Shown: piece by piece, positions 45,282 through 54,949 of the stretch
How positions within the stretch are numbered: position 1 is the first letter of the stretch
Layout: every line of letters begins with the position of its first letter
From: a phage
DNA length: 64,000 nt
Reading direction: 5' to 3' (one strand)
Assembly: GCA_024674815.1 (NCBI GenBank)
Contig: GCA_024674815.1_4104.1
The notes under the pieces: generated by a model
The model's database searches: none
What the model was told of the DNA's origin: nothing
What the model saw: only the letters and a program-made list of their open reading frames with translations
Made by a program: the position numbers and the translations under genes

Positions 45282-45923
45282 TCAATAAAAAACTGGATCT
45301 TCTTCAGTAATTGGTATTTCTCTACGCACATCACACGAAAGAGGATCAGTAATGAATACATTCCCATCTTTATCCATCATTACATTACTTGAATGAATGT
45401 CTGGTACAAAACGCCCGTGAAACTCTTTCATGATGTTAGCAGCGACCGTCGCAATAGCAATCTCTTCAGAATTACCACGCATATCATTCACTGAAGTAGC
45501 GTACTGACCAGCATGTGCATAAGAATATAAATCTCCAATTTTAGTACTAACAAAGTCATCATAATTATTTTTTTGTTTAATTATAGGATAGTACTTGTCC
45601 ATCTCATACCATCCAAAGTTTCCTTGTTCGTTGGCACTGTAGATCACTGGAAGAAACTTGGTTCCTGCGTTTTCAATGCAGTACTTTGCATAAGCACGAA
45701 AACCATCCCAGCGTGAAGTGGTTACTTTAAATGCACGTCCAGGATAGTTTTTATGTTCAACTACTACAGAGTACATCCCCATTCCAAGAAAAGTAAGTCC
45801 AGCAGCTTTAACTTGTGGAAAGATTACGCGTTCAGCATAAGGAATATCAAACTCCATCGCACAACGAGTTTTTGATGGACGCAAAATGTCAATTAAAGTT
45901 TTGAATATGTCTTGCTTAGTCAT
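45282..45923 (-). CDS. possible kinase-like fold protein (213 aa)
   Basis: DIHSSNVMMDKDGNVFITD resembles kinase/APH catalytic loop; ATG with GAGGA SD. Confidence 0.4.
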   Translation of the reverse strand: MTKQDIFKTLIDILRPSKTRCAMEFDIPYAERVIFPQVKAAGLTFLGMGMYSVVVEHKNYPGRAFKVTTSRWDGFRAYAKYCIENAGTKFLPVIYSANEQGNFGWYEMDKYYPIIKQKNNYDDFVSTKIGDLYSYAHAGQYATSVNDMRGNSEEIAIATVAANIMKEFHGRFVPDIHSSNVMMDKDGNVFITDPLSCDVRREIPITEEDPVFY

Positions 45924-45960
45924 TACTTTATCCTCTGTAGTTAATACCAACATCATAACA

Positions 45961-45988
45961 AAAAAGGCTGACCGAAGTCAACCCTTTT
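45961..45988 (-). terminator. UUCG-loop terminator/promoter element
   Basis: GGCTGACCGAAGTCAACC. Confidence 0.5.
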
Positions 45989-45992
45989 ATTA

Positions 45993-46412
45993 TCATTTAC
46001 AGTTTTCTATAACTATTGCACGTTTTAGTATTTTACTTTCATAAACATACTTAAGATGACCTTCTTCACGAATACGATTGAACACATATCCTAGTTTATC
46101 TTTTAGTACTGAAGCGGTATCAATGTCAAGATTAACTTCAACCCCTCCTGTTAATTTAACTTTATATGTAAATCTAAAAGCATCACCAGATTCAACCAAT
46201 GGGACTACTTGTTCATACGTATTCAACATAACTCGTTCATCATTAACTAAATTATATATTACTATATCACAAGTTTTTACCCCAATTTCCTCTAATGTAG
46301 GAGCATTATCTACTATAACATCTTTTACTGTATTTGCAACCTGTTTAGCATCTGCTGCATATACATTAAAACTAAAAAGTACTAAAATAATACTTAAAAA
46401 AATCTTTTTCAT
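45993..46412 (-). CDS. secreted protein (139 aa)
   Basis: signal peptide MKKIFLSIILVLFSFNVYA. Confidence 0.6.
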   Translation of the reverse strand: MKKIFLSIILVLFSFNVYAADAKQVANTVKDVIVDNAPTLEEIGVKTCDIVIYNLVNDERVMLNTYEQVVPLVESGDAFRFTYKVKLTGGVEVNLDIDTASVLKDKLGYVFNRIREEGHLKYVYESKILKRAIVIENCK

Positions 46413-46421
46413 TATATATCC

Positions 46422-46745
46422 TTATTTTATTTTACACGTCATATCGGGTTGTGCTTGTTTATTATTTTTAAACGGATTAGGTTTTTTATCTTTCTTTTTA
46501 TCTTTTAAAGGTTTTTTGTCTTCTTTTTTATCTTTATCTTTGTCTTTTTTATTTTTATCAGGTTCAGAGGGAGTATTACATTGTGCTGGGGGTTGATTAG
46601 TTGGAGTACAGCTATTGTCTGATGGGAGTATTACTTCTTTACAATTGTAAAATAGTAAACTTTTATTTGTGGTTAAATTATGAAAACGATAGTTACGTTC
46701 ATTATTATAATAAATTGTTTTAGTACTTTCAATGCCATTGCACAT
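46422..46745 (-). CDS. Cys-containing protein with K/D-rich tail (107 aa)
   Basis: KDKDKDKKEDKK low-complexity tail. Confidence 0.45.
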   Translation of the reverse strand: MCNGIESTKTIYYNNERNYRFHNLTTNKSLLFYNCKEVILPSDNSCTPTNQPPAQCNTPSEPDKNKKDKDKDKKEDKKPLKDKKKDKKPNPFKNNKQAQPDMTCKIK

Positions 46746-46755
46746 TGCTACTGAA

Positions 46756-47007
46756 TCACCGGAACTCTTTTTCTATTCCCATTACATCAGTCTTACGCTC
46801 AGATAGTATACCTGAAGTATATGAATCTTTGTTGTCAAACGCATTAAATCCAATAGTTCTGTCGGTGTCGTGTATTATTCCTTTTGTGTATGAGGTAGTA
46901 TAGAACTCCCCATTTCTGAAATCCTGCCTTGCTACGGAGCAATGATAATCTGCACCATAAGCAGTACTGGAAAATAATACAATTCCAAATATAATATATT
47001 TTTTCAT
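46756..47007 (-). CDS. secreted small protein (83 aa)
   Basis: internal ATG gives signal peptide MKKYIIFGIVLFSSTAYG; longer ORF overlaps terminator. Confidence 0.5.
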   Translation of the reverse strand: MKKYIIFGIVLFSSTAYGADYHCSVARQDFRNGEFYTTSYTKGIIHDTDRTIGFNAFDNKDSYTSGILSERKTDVMGIEKEFR

Positions 47008-47043
47008 TGTAATCCCTCTTCTTAATTCCTCTTTTGTATTTAC

Positions 47044-47073
47044 AAAAAAAGGCTGACCGAAGTCAACCTTTTG
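47044..47073 (-). terminator. UUCG-loop terminator
   Basis: GGCTGACCGAAGTCAACC. Confidence 0.5.
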
Positions 47074-47078
47074 TTTTA

Positions 47079-48356
47079 TCATTTACCGTATTTGCTCATG
47101 ATGTCCTTTTCCCAAGGAGTTACATTTCCATTTTCGTAATCACGGAAAGAGTCATCAAGTGTAGTCAATGCATAATCATATGCCTCACCGGATTCAACAT
47201 CAATATCAACAGCACCATTCACTACATCAGTCCACGCTTTTTGTAGTTTACGAGCGTTGTTACCAACTTTATCTTTAATCCAACTAAGATTTCGGTTTAT
47301 ACTCTTCTTATCAGCACCAGCTTTTTCACCAACATCTGCAACCCATTGCATTAATTTCTGTAGTTCGTTATGGGATTTTTCAGTCATTTGGCGGTCTTGT
47401 GACAGTTCAGCTTCCATGTCATCAATTTCTTCGTCTGAATGAACATCGTTCTGTTCTACTGCACCTTCTTCATCATCACGCATCAGATAACCATCTCGTG
47501 TAACCTTCTCACCATGATCAGCTTCATACTTTTTCATAGTATTGAATGCAGCATCCATTGCAGTTACAAAACGACTCTTTTCACCTTGTACATAAGATTT
47601 AAGTGCATCGTTAACTGCATCAGATACTAATTTAATCTTATCGTCTTTACCTTCCAGACGGTTTTCTAACTTAGCTAGTACATTCTTAACTTTTTGAGCA
47701 TTAGCACGGTCTTCTTTACCAATACTATCAAATGTTTTAAGTACGCTTTCAAGACTTACTTCCTCTTGTGCAGGCACATCACCTTGTTGCGTACCTTCAA
47801 GTGCACGCATTATAGTACTGAATACTTCAGTTGGTTCAGTACTGGTATTTCCACTCATTGCATCAAGCACAGCTTGTGCTTTGACTTTTAATTCTTCTTT
47901 AGGTACAGATTGCAATTCTTTCACAATACCTTGGATAAGTTGTGGTTTATTAGCAAAAATCTTACCTAACTTATCCGACAGTTCTTTGACAGGGTTAACC
48001 GCCTTTGGTGCTTCTTGTTTTGGTTCTTCTTTAGCAGGAGCAGATTTTTCTTTTTCTTCACGTTCCATATCAGCTAGGCGTTGTTTTTGTGTAGCATTAA
48101 GAAGTCCCAATGAATTAACATAACGTAGCTTTTCTAGCTCAGTCATGTTCTCAGTACTCTTAACTTCACCTGCTTCTGCGTTTGCTTTACCAGCTAGACC
48201 AGTTCCTTGGTTACGTGATCCACGTGAACCTTGACCTGCTTGATAACTATTTGGACGGCGGTTGCGTTCACTCCATTTATCAGAGTGACCAGCCATGTTA
48301 CCACCATTTTTATCAGTAAAATTACTTGGCATTTGATTTCTCTCCATAGATTTCAT
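47079..48356 (-). CDS. large Lys/Glu-rich protein with LxSLGLL motif (425 aa), late-expressed
   Basis: TATAAATA late-type promoter upstream; alternative starts at M4/M9. Confidence 0.55.
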   Translation of the reverse strand: MKSMERNQMPSNFTDKNGGNMAGHSDKWSERNRRPNSYQAGQGSRGSRNQGTGLAGKANAEAGEVKSTENMTELEKLRYVNSLGLLNATQKQRLADMEREEKEKSAPAKEEPKQEAPKAVNPVKELSDKLGKIFANKPQLIQGIVKELQSVPKEELKVKAQAVLDAMSGNTSTEPTEVFSTIMRALEGTQQGDVPAQEEVSLESVLKTFDSIGKEDRANAQKVKNVLAKLENRLEGKDDKIKLVSDAVNDALKSYVQGEKSRFVTAMDAAFNTMKKYEADHGEKVTRDGYLMRDDEEGAVEQNDVHSDEEIDDMEAELSQDRQMTEKSHNELQKLMQWVADVGEKAGADKKSINRNLSWIKDKVGNNARKLQKAWTDVVNGAVDIDVESGEAYDYALTTLDDSFRDYENGNVTPWEKDIMSKYGK

Positions 48357-48372
48357 TTTTTCTCTATGTCTA

Positions 48373-48380
48373 TATTTATA
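48373..48380 (-). promoter_or_regulatory. T4-type late promoter TATAAATA
   Basis: exact TATAAATA on minus strand ~17 nt upstream of ATG. Confidence 0.45.
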
Positions 48381-48387
48381 GTATAAA

Positions 48388-48418
48388 GAAAAGGCTGACC
48401 GAAGTCAACCTTATTTTG
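48388..48418 (-). terminator. UUCG-loop terminator
   Basis: GGCTGACCGAAGTCAACC. Confidence 0.5.
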
Positions 48419-48570
48419 TTACTTAGATTGTTCTTGTGCAGGTGGATTTACTTTTTGATCCACTACATAGAATACACCACCAACCAGTACTGCGGCGATG
48501 AGTGCAGCAACTACAAATTTCAAACCTTGCATATATGATACCTCAGTTATATTGAGAATTTATGATACAA

Positions 48571-48600
48571 CAAAGGGCTGACCTTAGTCAACCCCTTTTT
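48571..48600 (-). terminator. terminator hairpin (variant loop)
   Basis: GGGCTGACCttaGTCAACCCC. Confidence 0.45.
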
Positions 48601-48601
48601 A

Positions 48602-48985
48602 TTACTTCTTGAACTTATGTTTTTCACTTTCGATTGCATTCACGATTTCATCATGAATTTTACGAAGATTGTGAGTTTTCTTTAGAGATTCATGTAATGC
48701 ACGGAATGCAGAGTGTACAGTTGCTTTAAAGTGCTCTTTAGGAGTTACTTTAAGTTTCTCGATAATATCACGTACATAGATTGGGTGATCCTCAAACACA
48801 CGATTAAGCTCATGACCTAGTGATTCTAGGCTAAATGCTTTTTCACGGGATGGACGATCATGTGCAAGACTTTGGTCTGGTTTTAGAAGACCTAGTGAAT
48901 CTAGATACTTGTGCTTATGTGCATTGTCTAGACCAGAAATATCAACATCATGTGATGGATCTTTCTTATTCCATTTATCAACCAT
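48602..48985 (-). CDS. hypothetical protein with LDSLGLL motif (127 aa), late-expressed
   Basis: shares YxxSLGLL motif with 47079-48356; TATAAATA upstream. Confidence 0.55.
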   Translation of the reverse strand: MVDKWNKKDPSHDVDISGLDNAHKHKYLDSLGLLKPDQSLAHDRPSREKAFSLESLGHELNRVFEDHPIYVRDIIEKLKVTPKEHFKATVHSAFRALHESLKKTHNLRKIHDEIVNAIESEKHKFKK

Positions 48986-49021
48986 TTTTATAACTCCTAT
49001 AAGAGATAAATTTTACTATAA

Positions 49022-49029
49022 TATTTATA
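49022..49029 (-). promoter_or_regulatory. T4-type late promoter TATAAATA
   Basis: exact TATAAATA on minus strand, AGGAG SD before ATG. Confidence 0.45.
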
Positions 49030-49100
49030 GTTCCGTTGTCATTTATATCGAATGACATAAAACATTATATCATAATAAGAATGGTTGTCCCAAAGTTAAA

Positions 49101-49544
49101 TTAGTACTGATCAAGTTCAGATGTAAAAATGAATGCATCCATGTCTTCCAACGTAAGTTTTAAGTCTGGTACATACTTAAGAATAACGCACTCTGGCTTC
49201 TTAATAGCAGCTTGATAAGCAGCAATGGCAAGGGATTCCAACTGCTGTGCTGTATAATTTTTACGTTCTGCATTAAAAACTTTGTTTTTGATATCACCAC
49301 CTGGGAGTTTTTCAAACTCACGCATAACTGCGGTAAGAACATCGTCAGCAGTGTTACTATATACCCATTGGGGTAATTGCATTACATTATAAATCACACC
49401 ACTATCATCCATCAAAGAGATCCATTTGTACCCATCACTAGCACTGAACAAACGCCCTTTTAGTACTGTGTTATTAGTTAAATTTACAAATGCAAAAATA
49501 TCTTGTTCGTTAAGTTCAATACTATTAACATTTACCCAACTCAT
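49101..49544 (-). CDS. hypothetical protein (147 aa)
   Basis: first ATG; track start is TTG. Confidence 0.5.
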   Translation of the reverse strand: MSWVNVNSIELNEQDIFAFVNLTNNTVLKGRLFSASDGYKWISLMDDSGVIYNVMQLPQWVYSNTADDVLTAVMREFEKLPGGDIKNKVFNAERKNYTAQQLESLAIAAYQAAIKKPECVILKYVPDLKLTLEDMDAFIFTSELDQY

Positions 49545-49557
49545 TACGATTCCCCAT

Positions 49558-50130
49558 TCATAAATCACGAACAATATTCATTAAACACAATTTAGGTTTT
49601 ATAGCATTCAACACCCATATGCATTCTTTGTAAGTAGCTATTATATCATCTAAATGCTCAGTTACAATGCTTTCTTGAAAATATTCTTCATCATTGAGCT
49701 TTGCTAATTTAGTAACATCACACGTAGGCACTATAGGTCTGGATTTTACACCCATTCCATTATTGATATTAGTGAAATGTACAAAATGGTACTTCACAAC
49801 ACCTTTATCTAGATTTATTATACATGACAAATTTTCCAACTCAGTTAGTTTTTTATTACAAGTAACATTAATGAAACCAGCATTATAGGCTCTATAATCA
49901 TCTACTGATATCTCAAAATCATTACGTTCAAATATAAGTGAAATGAGTTGGTCCAGTGGTTTGACATTCATATATTTTAATGAATTTACGTATGATACTT
50001 CAATCTTAGATGAAATTATCTTTTTACTAAGTGCAGTTAATTCTTTGTTAGATTTAACTGTTAAAACAATAGGTTTAAACCTAGAACTTTTGTTCTTTTT
50101 TGATACTTTAAAACGACCTTTACGATTCAT
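49558..50130 (-). CDS. hypothetical protein (190 aa)
   Basis: ATG with GAGGA SD; track start is GTG. Confidence 0.55.
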   Translation of the reverse strand: MNRKGRFKVSKKNKSSRFKPIVLTVKSNKELTALSKKIISSKIEVSYVNSLKYMNVKPLDQLISLIFERNDFEISVDDYRAYNAGFINVTCNKKLTELENLSCIINLDKGVVKYHFVHFTNINNGMGVKSRPIVPTCDVTKLAKLNDEEYFQESIVTEHLDDIIATYKECIWVLNAIKPKLCLMNIVRDL

Positions 50131-50137
50131 AATTTCC

Positions 50138-50359
50138 TCAATTAATAATTTCACATTTAACGTGTGGTTTATATAGCATAATTAACCCATTTTTAAGTAC
50201 AATGATTGTTGCTCTGTTAGTAATCGAAACGTTTTTAATTATACTTTTTTTATATGTTTCAACATATTTCTCTTCATAATTTATACATTTAACATATTCT
50301 TTTTGTTTAGCACTTACAACAGTACTGAATAATATCAGTACAAGTACTATATATTTCAT
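50138..50359 (-). CDS. secreted small protein (73 aa)
   Basis: signal peptide MKYIVLVLILFSTVVSA. Confidence 0.5.
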   Translation of the reverse strand: MKYIVLVLILFSTVVSAKQKEYVKCINYEEKYVETYKKSIIKNVSITNRATIIVLKNGLIMLYKPHVKCEIIN

Positions 50360-50411
50360 TACTATACCTTATAAACAAAAAGGAATTCATTTAAGAATTC
50401 CTTTTTTACAA

Positions 50412-50705
50412 TCATTTATCTAACATACCATTGTGCAAACGTTCATATACTTCAGTTCGACGCAAATTCACAATATCTTCTGCGTATTTTAATGTAAATG
50501 CCCATGCTTTTGGATGTACGTTAAGCTTCATACGAATTCGATTTTTCATCAACTCTCCACTTAAACGAATAAATTCGTGTACACCACGACTACCGTATTC
50601 AGTAATTAAATCATTAATGTACATATCACGAAGAGTTTCATCTGCACATTCTTTAACCATTTCTACGTCAGCGACGATGCTTTCATTAACTGAAGTACTG
50701 ATCAT
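50412..50705 (-). CDS. hypothetical protein (97 aa)
   Basis: ATG ORF. Confidence 0.5.
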   Translation of the reverse strand: MISTSVNESIVADVEMVKECADETLRDMYINDLITEYGSRGVHEFIRLSGELMKNRIRMKLNVHPKAWAFTLKYAEDIVNLRRTEVYERLHNGMLDK

Positions 50706-50717
50706 TTTTAATTTACC

Positions 50718-50984
50718 TTATTTAAATTCGACTGTAATTTTATCACCTTCAACTACGAACTTACAGTTGTAGCGACGTGCCATATCCATGTACATATGCT
50801 CAGAGTACCAAGGAACATCAATAATCGGATGCTCTGCATATTGTAGAACTTCACGGTCGCCCACTGTAGTAATGATGAAAGGAATGTTCATCTCTCGTAA
50901 AAACAGTTCAGCACCAGGAGAACGATTAATAAATTCAGTATCATTACGTAAAGTAAATCCATTATATTGTAATTTAAGCTTCAT
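50718..50984 (-). CDS. hypothetical protein (88 aa)
   Basis: ATG ORF. Confidence 0.5.
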   Translation of the reverse strand: MKLKLQYNGFTLRNDTEFINRSPGAELFLREMNIPFIITTVGDREVLQYAEHPIIDVPWYSEHMYMDMARRYNCKFVVEGDKITVEFK

Positions 50985-50998
50985 ATGTTATCCTCTAT

Positions 50999-51343
50999 TC
51001 AATACCATTCTTTAAAACCATTAAGTTCGGCTACGTGAGTGATTATAACACATATAACATTCAGGTCAAGTATAATTTGATCATAATTTAATTTTATACG
51101 ATCATCATTATATGCTCTAAAAACTACATCGTAATCAAAGAAATTTGCGTTTTCATCATTCATTGAAACGATTCGGTATCTACGTCTTCCATCTGTATTG
51201 AATATAGTTAAACACTGTTGAAACTTTCTCATTAACTGTTTAGATAGGATATTATAATATTCAATATCTTTTTGTGAATTACGTGGGTCATCAGGAAAAT
51301 AGAATGAAACAAATTTCTTTAATTCTATTTGAGTTTTATCCAT
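50999..51343 (-). CDS. hypothetical protein (114 aa)
   Basis: ATG ORF. Confidence 0.5.
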   Translation of the reverse strand: MDKTQIELKKFVSFYFPDDPRNSQKDIEYYNILSKQLMRKFQQCLTIFNTDGRRRYRIVSMNDENANFFDYDVVFRAYNDDRIKLNYDQIILDLNVICVIITHVAELNGFKEWY

Positions 51344-51776
51344 ATATTACCTCATGTGTTTCTCTTTTACTTTGTCGGAACTCATCCTTTGCTTCCTTAA
51401 CTGACATGATACGAACTAATTTAGCACTACCGCAATAGTACTGAACCTGATTACGACCAATGTCTACATGGTGGTCTGGAACTTCATATACAGATATAGC
51501 AAACCCAGCACGATGCAATTTACCCAAGTCCATAGTGAAGAATCTGAACAAATCTTTCAAACTTTGACAGCCAAATACCCATCCACTTTTGATTGAATAG
51601 ATCCCATCCTCAGTTGGTTCAGGTTGGAATTGAGAAGGTGTAGTCATAAGCAAACGGTCAAATCCATTTTTAGTACTGTATCTAGTTGAATACCGTGCAA
51701 ACGGACCTACAGTTCGTGCAGGATCTAAGTTAGGTTCAATGTAACTAAATTTAAGTTCAAAACGATATACATACAT
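51336..51776 (-). CDS. hypothetical protein (146 aa)
   Basis: ATG ORF; terminator/promoter element upstream. Confidence 0.55.
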   Translation of the reverse strand: MYVYRFELKFSYIEPNLDPARTVGPFARYSTRYSTKNGFDRLLMTTPSQFQPEPTEDGIYSIKSGWVFGCQSLKDLFRFFTMDLGKLHRAGFAISVYEVPDHHVDIGRNQVQYYCGSAKLVRIMSVKEAKDEFRQSKRETHEVIYG

Positions 51777-51812
51777 AATTAAAATCCTCTAATTTATTAA
51801 GAGAATTATAAC

Positions 51813-51840
51813 AAAAAAGGCTGACCGAAGTCAACCTTTG
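51813..51840 (-). terminator. UUCG-loop terminator/promoter element
   Basis: GGCTGACCGAAGTCAACC. Confidence 0.5.
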
Positions 51841-52022
51841 TTTTGAAGTTCTTGAACTAATTGTCGTACTTCGTTAATATTTTTACACTGCTTTACAGTG
51901 AAGTAATCATACTTACGACCATAGGTTCTTGGGTCATCACCTTCCATATACTGCTGCACATCAAAGATTTGTAAGTAGGGATGCTGCATAACACGAATAT
52001 TATCACTTTGATAAATCAACAT
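51831..52022 (-). CDS. small hypothetical protein (63 aa)
   Basis: first ATG; stop inside terminator hairpin. Confidence 0.35.
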   Translation of the reverse strand: MLIYQSDNIRVMQHPYLQIFDVQQYMEGDDPRTYGRKYDYFTVKQCKNINEVRQLVQELQNKG

Positions 52023-52026
52023 AATA

Positions 52027-52377
52027 TCAATCCTTATATTTACACAAGCCACCAAAACTAGTTTCTTTAGCACCACGACGCATCATAACTAATTTAGCAT
52101 ATTGTGTGCCATTACTATCTTCATATACATCTACTTCAATAAACGCTAAGAAGTTAGGGTCTGTGTCGTTAGAAAACTCAGTGAAGCTAATGTCGCCTAC
52201 TGTATGCTCTTTAACAAACGTATATGATTGTCCATCAATATATACAATATCTCGATCGTCACTATCACCTTGATAGATATGTTTAATATTACCATCTGTA
52301 CAAACTAAACCTTCCAATGGTTCAGCATATGACAATCCACACATTAACATACATACAAAAAATAAAATAATTTTCAT
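52027..52377 (-). CDS. secreted protein (116 aa)
   Basis: signal peptide MKIILFFVCMLMCGLSYA. Confidence 0.55.
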   Translation of the reverse strand: MKIILFFVCMLMCGLSYAEPLEGLVCTDGNIKHIYQGDSDDRDIVYIDGQSYTFVKEHTVGDISFTEFSNDTDPNFLAFIEVDVYEDSNGTQYAKLVMMRRGAKETSFGGLCKYKD

Positions 52378-52379
52378 GA

Positions 52380-52757
52380 TTATTTTCCTCCAACGTTAAG
52401 TGATTTCTTGTACTGATATTCTTTATAAGTACTATACCATATATCACCAACGTAAATCAAGTACCACGTAGCAGGATAAAGAGCCAATCCAGTACTGATG
52501 TATACGAACTTTTGGTCAAGGACATCAAATACATACAGAAGGAAAGTTACTCCCATAATGCAAGAACAAATTAACCACAAGTTATAAGCAATCGAATCGC
52601 AAGCAAAAATAGAATCAAGCTTAGAAATTAGGACATATTTGTTTGTTAAAATGAAATGAATTACTGCAACTAAACAATATCCTGCCATAAAAATAGAAAT
52701 TAAAAAAGACAGAATAATTGGAATATTCAACAACAAAAGTAAAATAGTGTTTACCAT
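52380..52757 (-). CDS. membrane protein (125 aa)
   Basis: multiple hydrophobic helices. Confidence 0.5.
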   Translation of the reverse strand: MVNTILLLLLNIPIILSFLISIFMAGYCLVAVIHFILTNKYVLISKLDSIFACDSIAYNLWLICSCIMGVTFLLYVFDVLDQKFVYISTGLALYPATWYLIYVGDIWYSTYKEYQYKKSLNVGGK

Positions 52758-52768
52758 TTTTTTAAGTC

Positions 52769-53128
52769 CTATATTTCACAGTGTAAGTTCAATTTATCTA
52801 TATCTAGGTCACGGCGTACCGATGAGTCCAAGTAAATTACTATATAGATATCACCATTACCAGTTCTTGGGTCTACAATTAATATTACGTTTGCTAATGT
52901 ACCAGAATCATCTCTATAAGTCGAGATTTTTTTATTACCGATAATACTTTCTACTTTAAAACGATAAATCACACCATCAACAACTATATTTTTACCATTT
53001 CTAGGGTCGTTAGTCAATACATGCCACGTTCCCTTAGTACTACGACAATATGTTTCTGCTGCTGCACCATAACTAAAACATGAAAATAATGCACACACAA
53101 GTGCTATTAATTTTATATAACTCTTCAT
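52769..53128 (-). CDS. secreted protein (119 aa)
   Basis: signal peptide MKSYIKLIALVCALFSCFSYGAAA. Confidence 0.55.
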   Translation of the reverse strand: MKSYIKLIALVCALFSCFSYGAAAETYCRSTKGTWHVLTNDPRNGKNIVVDGVIYRFKVESIIGNKKISTYRDDSGTLANVILIVDPRTGNGDIYIVIYLDSSVRRDLDIDKLNLHCEI

Positions 53129-53206
53129 AACAAACCTCTAACGAGAAATACTTCTGTACTATATATATGTACAGAAGTATTTAATACTATAGAGATATTT
53201 TCACTG

Positions 53207-53533
53207 TTACATCTTATTCGTGAACTTGAATTTGATAATATCAATCCAAATTTTAACATTTCCTGCAAATAGTGCTTTGATTAGCCACATAATTGCAACA
53301 AAGTTCTCAACTAAATCCAAAGTTTTAACTACTGCACCGAGTGGGAAGATAAAACTCAAAATCCATACAATTACTGAAACCACAACGACTGTATAGAAAA
53401 TACGCACAATCGGTGAATCAAGCATAAACAACTCAGAGAACTCTTTTTTATCATTATCATCAGTAATAAAGCATTCGTAAACCAGAAGCCAAATCAGAAT
53501 TAAAGACGGAATTGAAATTAGTACTGATAGCAT
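53207..53533 (-). CDS. membrane protein (108 aa)
   Basis: hydrophobic helices. Confidence 0.5.
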   Translation of the reverse strand: MLSVLISIPSLILIWLLVYECFITDDNDKKEFSELFMLDSPIVRIFYTVVVVSVIVWILSFIFPLGAVVKTLDLVENFVAIMWLIKALFAGNVKIWIDIIKFKFTNKM

Positions 53534-53591
53534 ATTTTTTTACCTCAAGTTTAAGTGTTAAGTTTCAGACTACAGGAACCATTATACAGTA

Positions 53592-53834
53592 CTACGAACG
53601 TTTGTCAACATTTGTTTCTTCAATAAGCATAAGATAACTTAACACGAAGAGTAATACCGAAATAATATCAATAACTGTAAAGCTCACTGGAATGATAATA
53701 GACACCAGTACTAATGCCACGTTTAGCAAGAATACAGTAGTGAGATCTACCATCGTTCGCCTAGTGGCTAATGCCACTAGTGTAGGATAGAACATAAACA
53801 ATAGTGCAACAACAAAACTTAGTACTAGATACAT
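53592..53834 (-). CDS. membrane protein (80 aa)
   Basis: two hydrophobic helices. Confidence 0.45.
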   Translation of the reverse strand: MYLVLSFVVALLFMFYPTLVALATRRTMVDLTTVFLLNVALVLVSIIIPVSFTVIDIISVLLFVLSYLMLIEETNVDKRS

Positions 53835-54487
53835 TTCTTTTTCACCTTAATAAAATTATAACACAAAACCACATCAACATCTGGCTCATCATACAAGTAC
53901 TCAAAACGTTCTTTACTTCGTTTAGTACCGATATACTCACCATTCTTATGCCAACGCCATCCACCATCCTTTGGTTGTTCAGACTTCAGTACTGGGTGAT
54001 AGCACAGGACAATTTCTTCTGGACCTTCAATTAGGTTCTTGTACTTATTCATAATCTGTTCAAGCGTATCTGCTACACCATAAGATGGATGCATAAGATA
54101 AGACTCAGGACGTGGACGTCCACTTGGTAGAATATCATCAGTACTATTAAAGATAGCACGGAAGTCTTCAGATGTGTATAGACTTCCATCTTCATGGATC
54201 ATTGGGTATTCATCCACGACATCGTAATCAGTGAAGTGTTCAATTGCATGTGCAGGTCGATAACCTGCAAGGATACCTGCATGTTTAGTCTGGACAATAG
54301 TCATAACAGATGTATTGTTGTTTACATTTGGATCATGAATTTCAGCCCAAAACGGATGATTTGGATCAAAAGTTGCATTTACCAATGTACACTCACCAAT
54401 GTAGTCAAACATAGTTTCCTTGAAGTTTAAAGAAACTCCACGTAATGCCCAGTCAGGTGAAGTGATGAAATTAAGATTAACTAACAT
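53825..54487 (-). CDS. hypothetical protein (220 aa)
   Basis: first ATG; track start is TTG. Confidence 0.55.
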   Translation of the reverse strand: MLVNLNFITSPDWALRGVSLNFKETMFDYIGECTLVNATFDPNHPFWAEIHDPNVNNNTSVMTIVQTKHAGILAGYRPAHAIEHFTDYDVVDEYPMIHEDGSLYTSEDFRAIFNSTDDILPSGRPRPESYLMHPSYGVADTLEQIMNKYKNLIEGPEEIVLCYHPVLKSEQPKDGGWRWHKNGEYIGTKRSKERFEYLYDEPDVDVVLCYNFIKVKKKCI

Positions 54488-54519
54488 AAGTATCCTCAGA
54501 TGCAATTTTTTTGATGTGG

Positions 54520-54735
54520 TTATTGTATCAAAGATGTATCGATTTGTACAACATTTATTGTAACTATTTCGTACATATAGTCAGGTGCATTGAACTCAGC
54601 ATACCACTCAATGATCTCACAAGCAGCATCAACTTGGTTGTTCGCATTAACACGTCTTGCATAGGTACTAGACATTTTATATCTACCATTTACATACACG
54701 TTATATACACCATGACACCACCACATCTTAGTCAT
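54520..54735 (-). CDS. hypothetical protein (71 aa)
   Basis: ATG ORF. Confidence 0.4.
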   Translation of the reverse strand: MTKMWWCHGVYNVYVNGRYKMSSTYARRVNANNQVDAACEIIEWYAEFNAPDYMYEIVTINVVQIDTSLIQ

Positions 54736-54946
54736 TTATACTAGGCCATACTTTATATTGTAAGTTCTGGTATTGAAATTTACCAATTTCATTTTTCTTA
54801 CGGAATGATTCATCTACTTGAATTTCCGCATCGTACTGACCATCAGCCTGTACAACGTACTTAAATTCTTCTACGTGTGAAAAACGTTGACCTTCACCTT
54901 CTGGTTTATAGACTTGTACTAAACCTTCAACTAGATATAAATTCAT
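54728..54946 (-). CDS. hypothetical protein (72 aa)
   Basis: ATG ORF. Confidence 0.4.
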   Translation of the reverse strand: MNLYLVEGLVQVYKPEGEGQRFSHVEEFKYVVQADGQYDAEIQVDESFRKKNEIGKFQYQNLQYKVWPSIND

Positions 54947-54949
54947 TTA

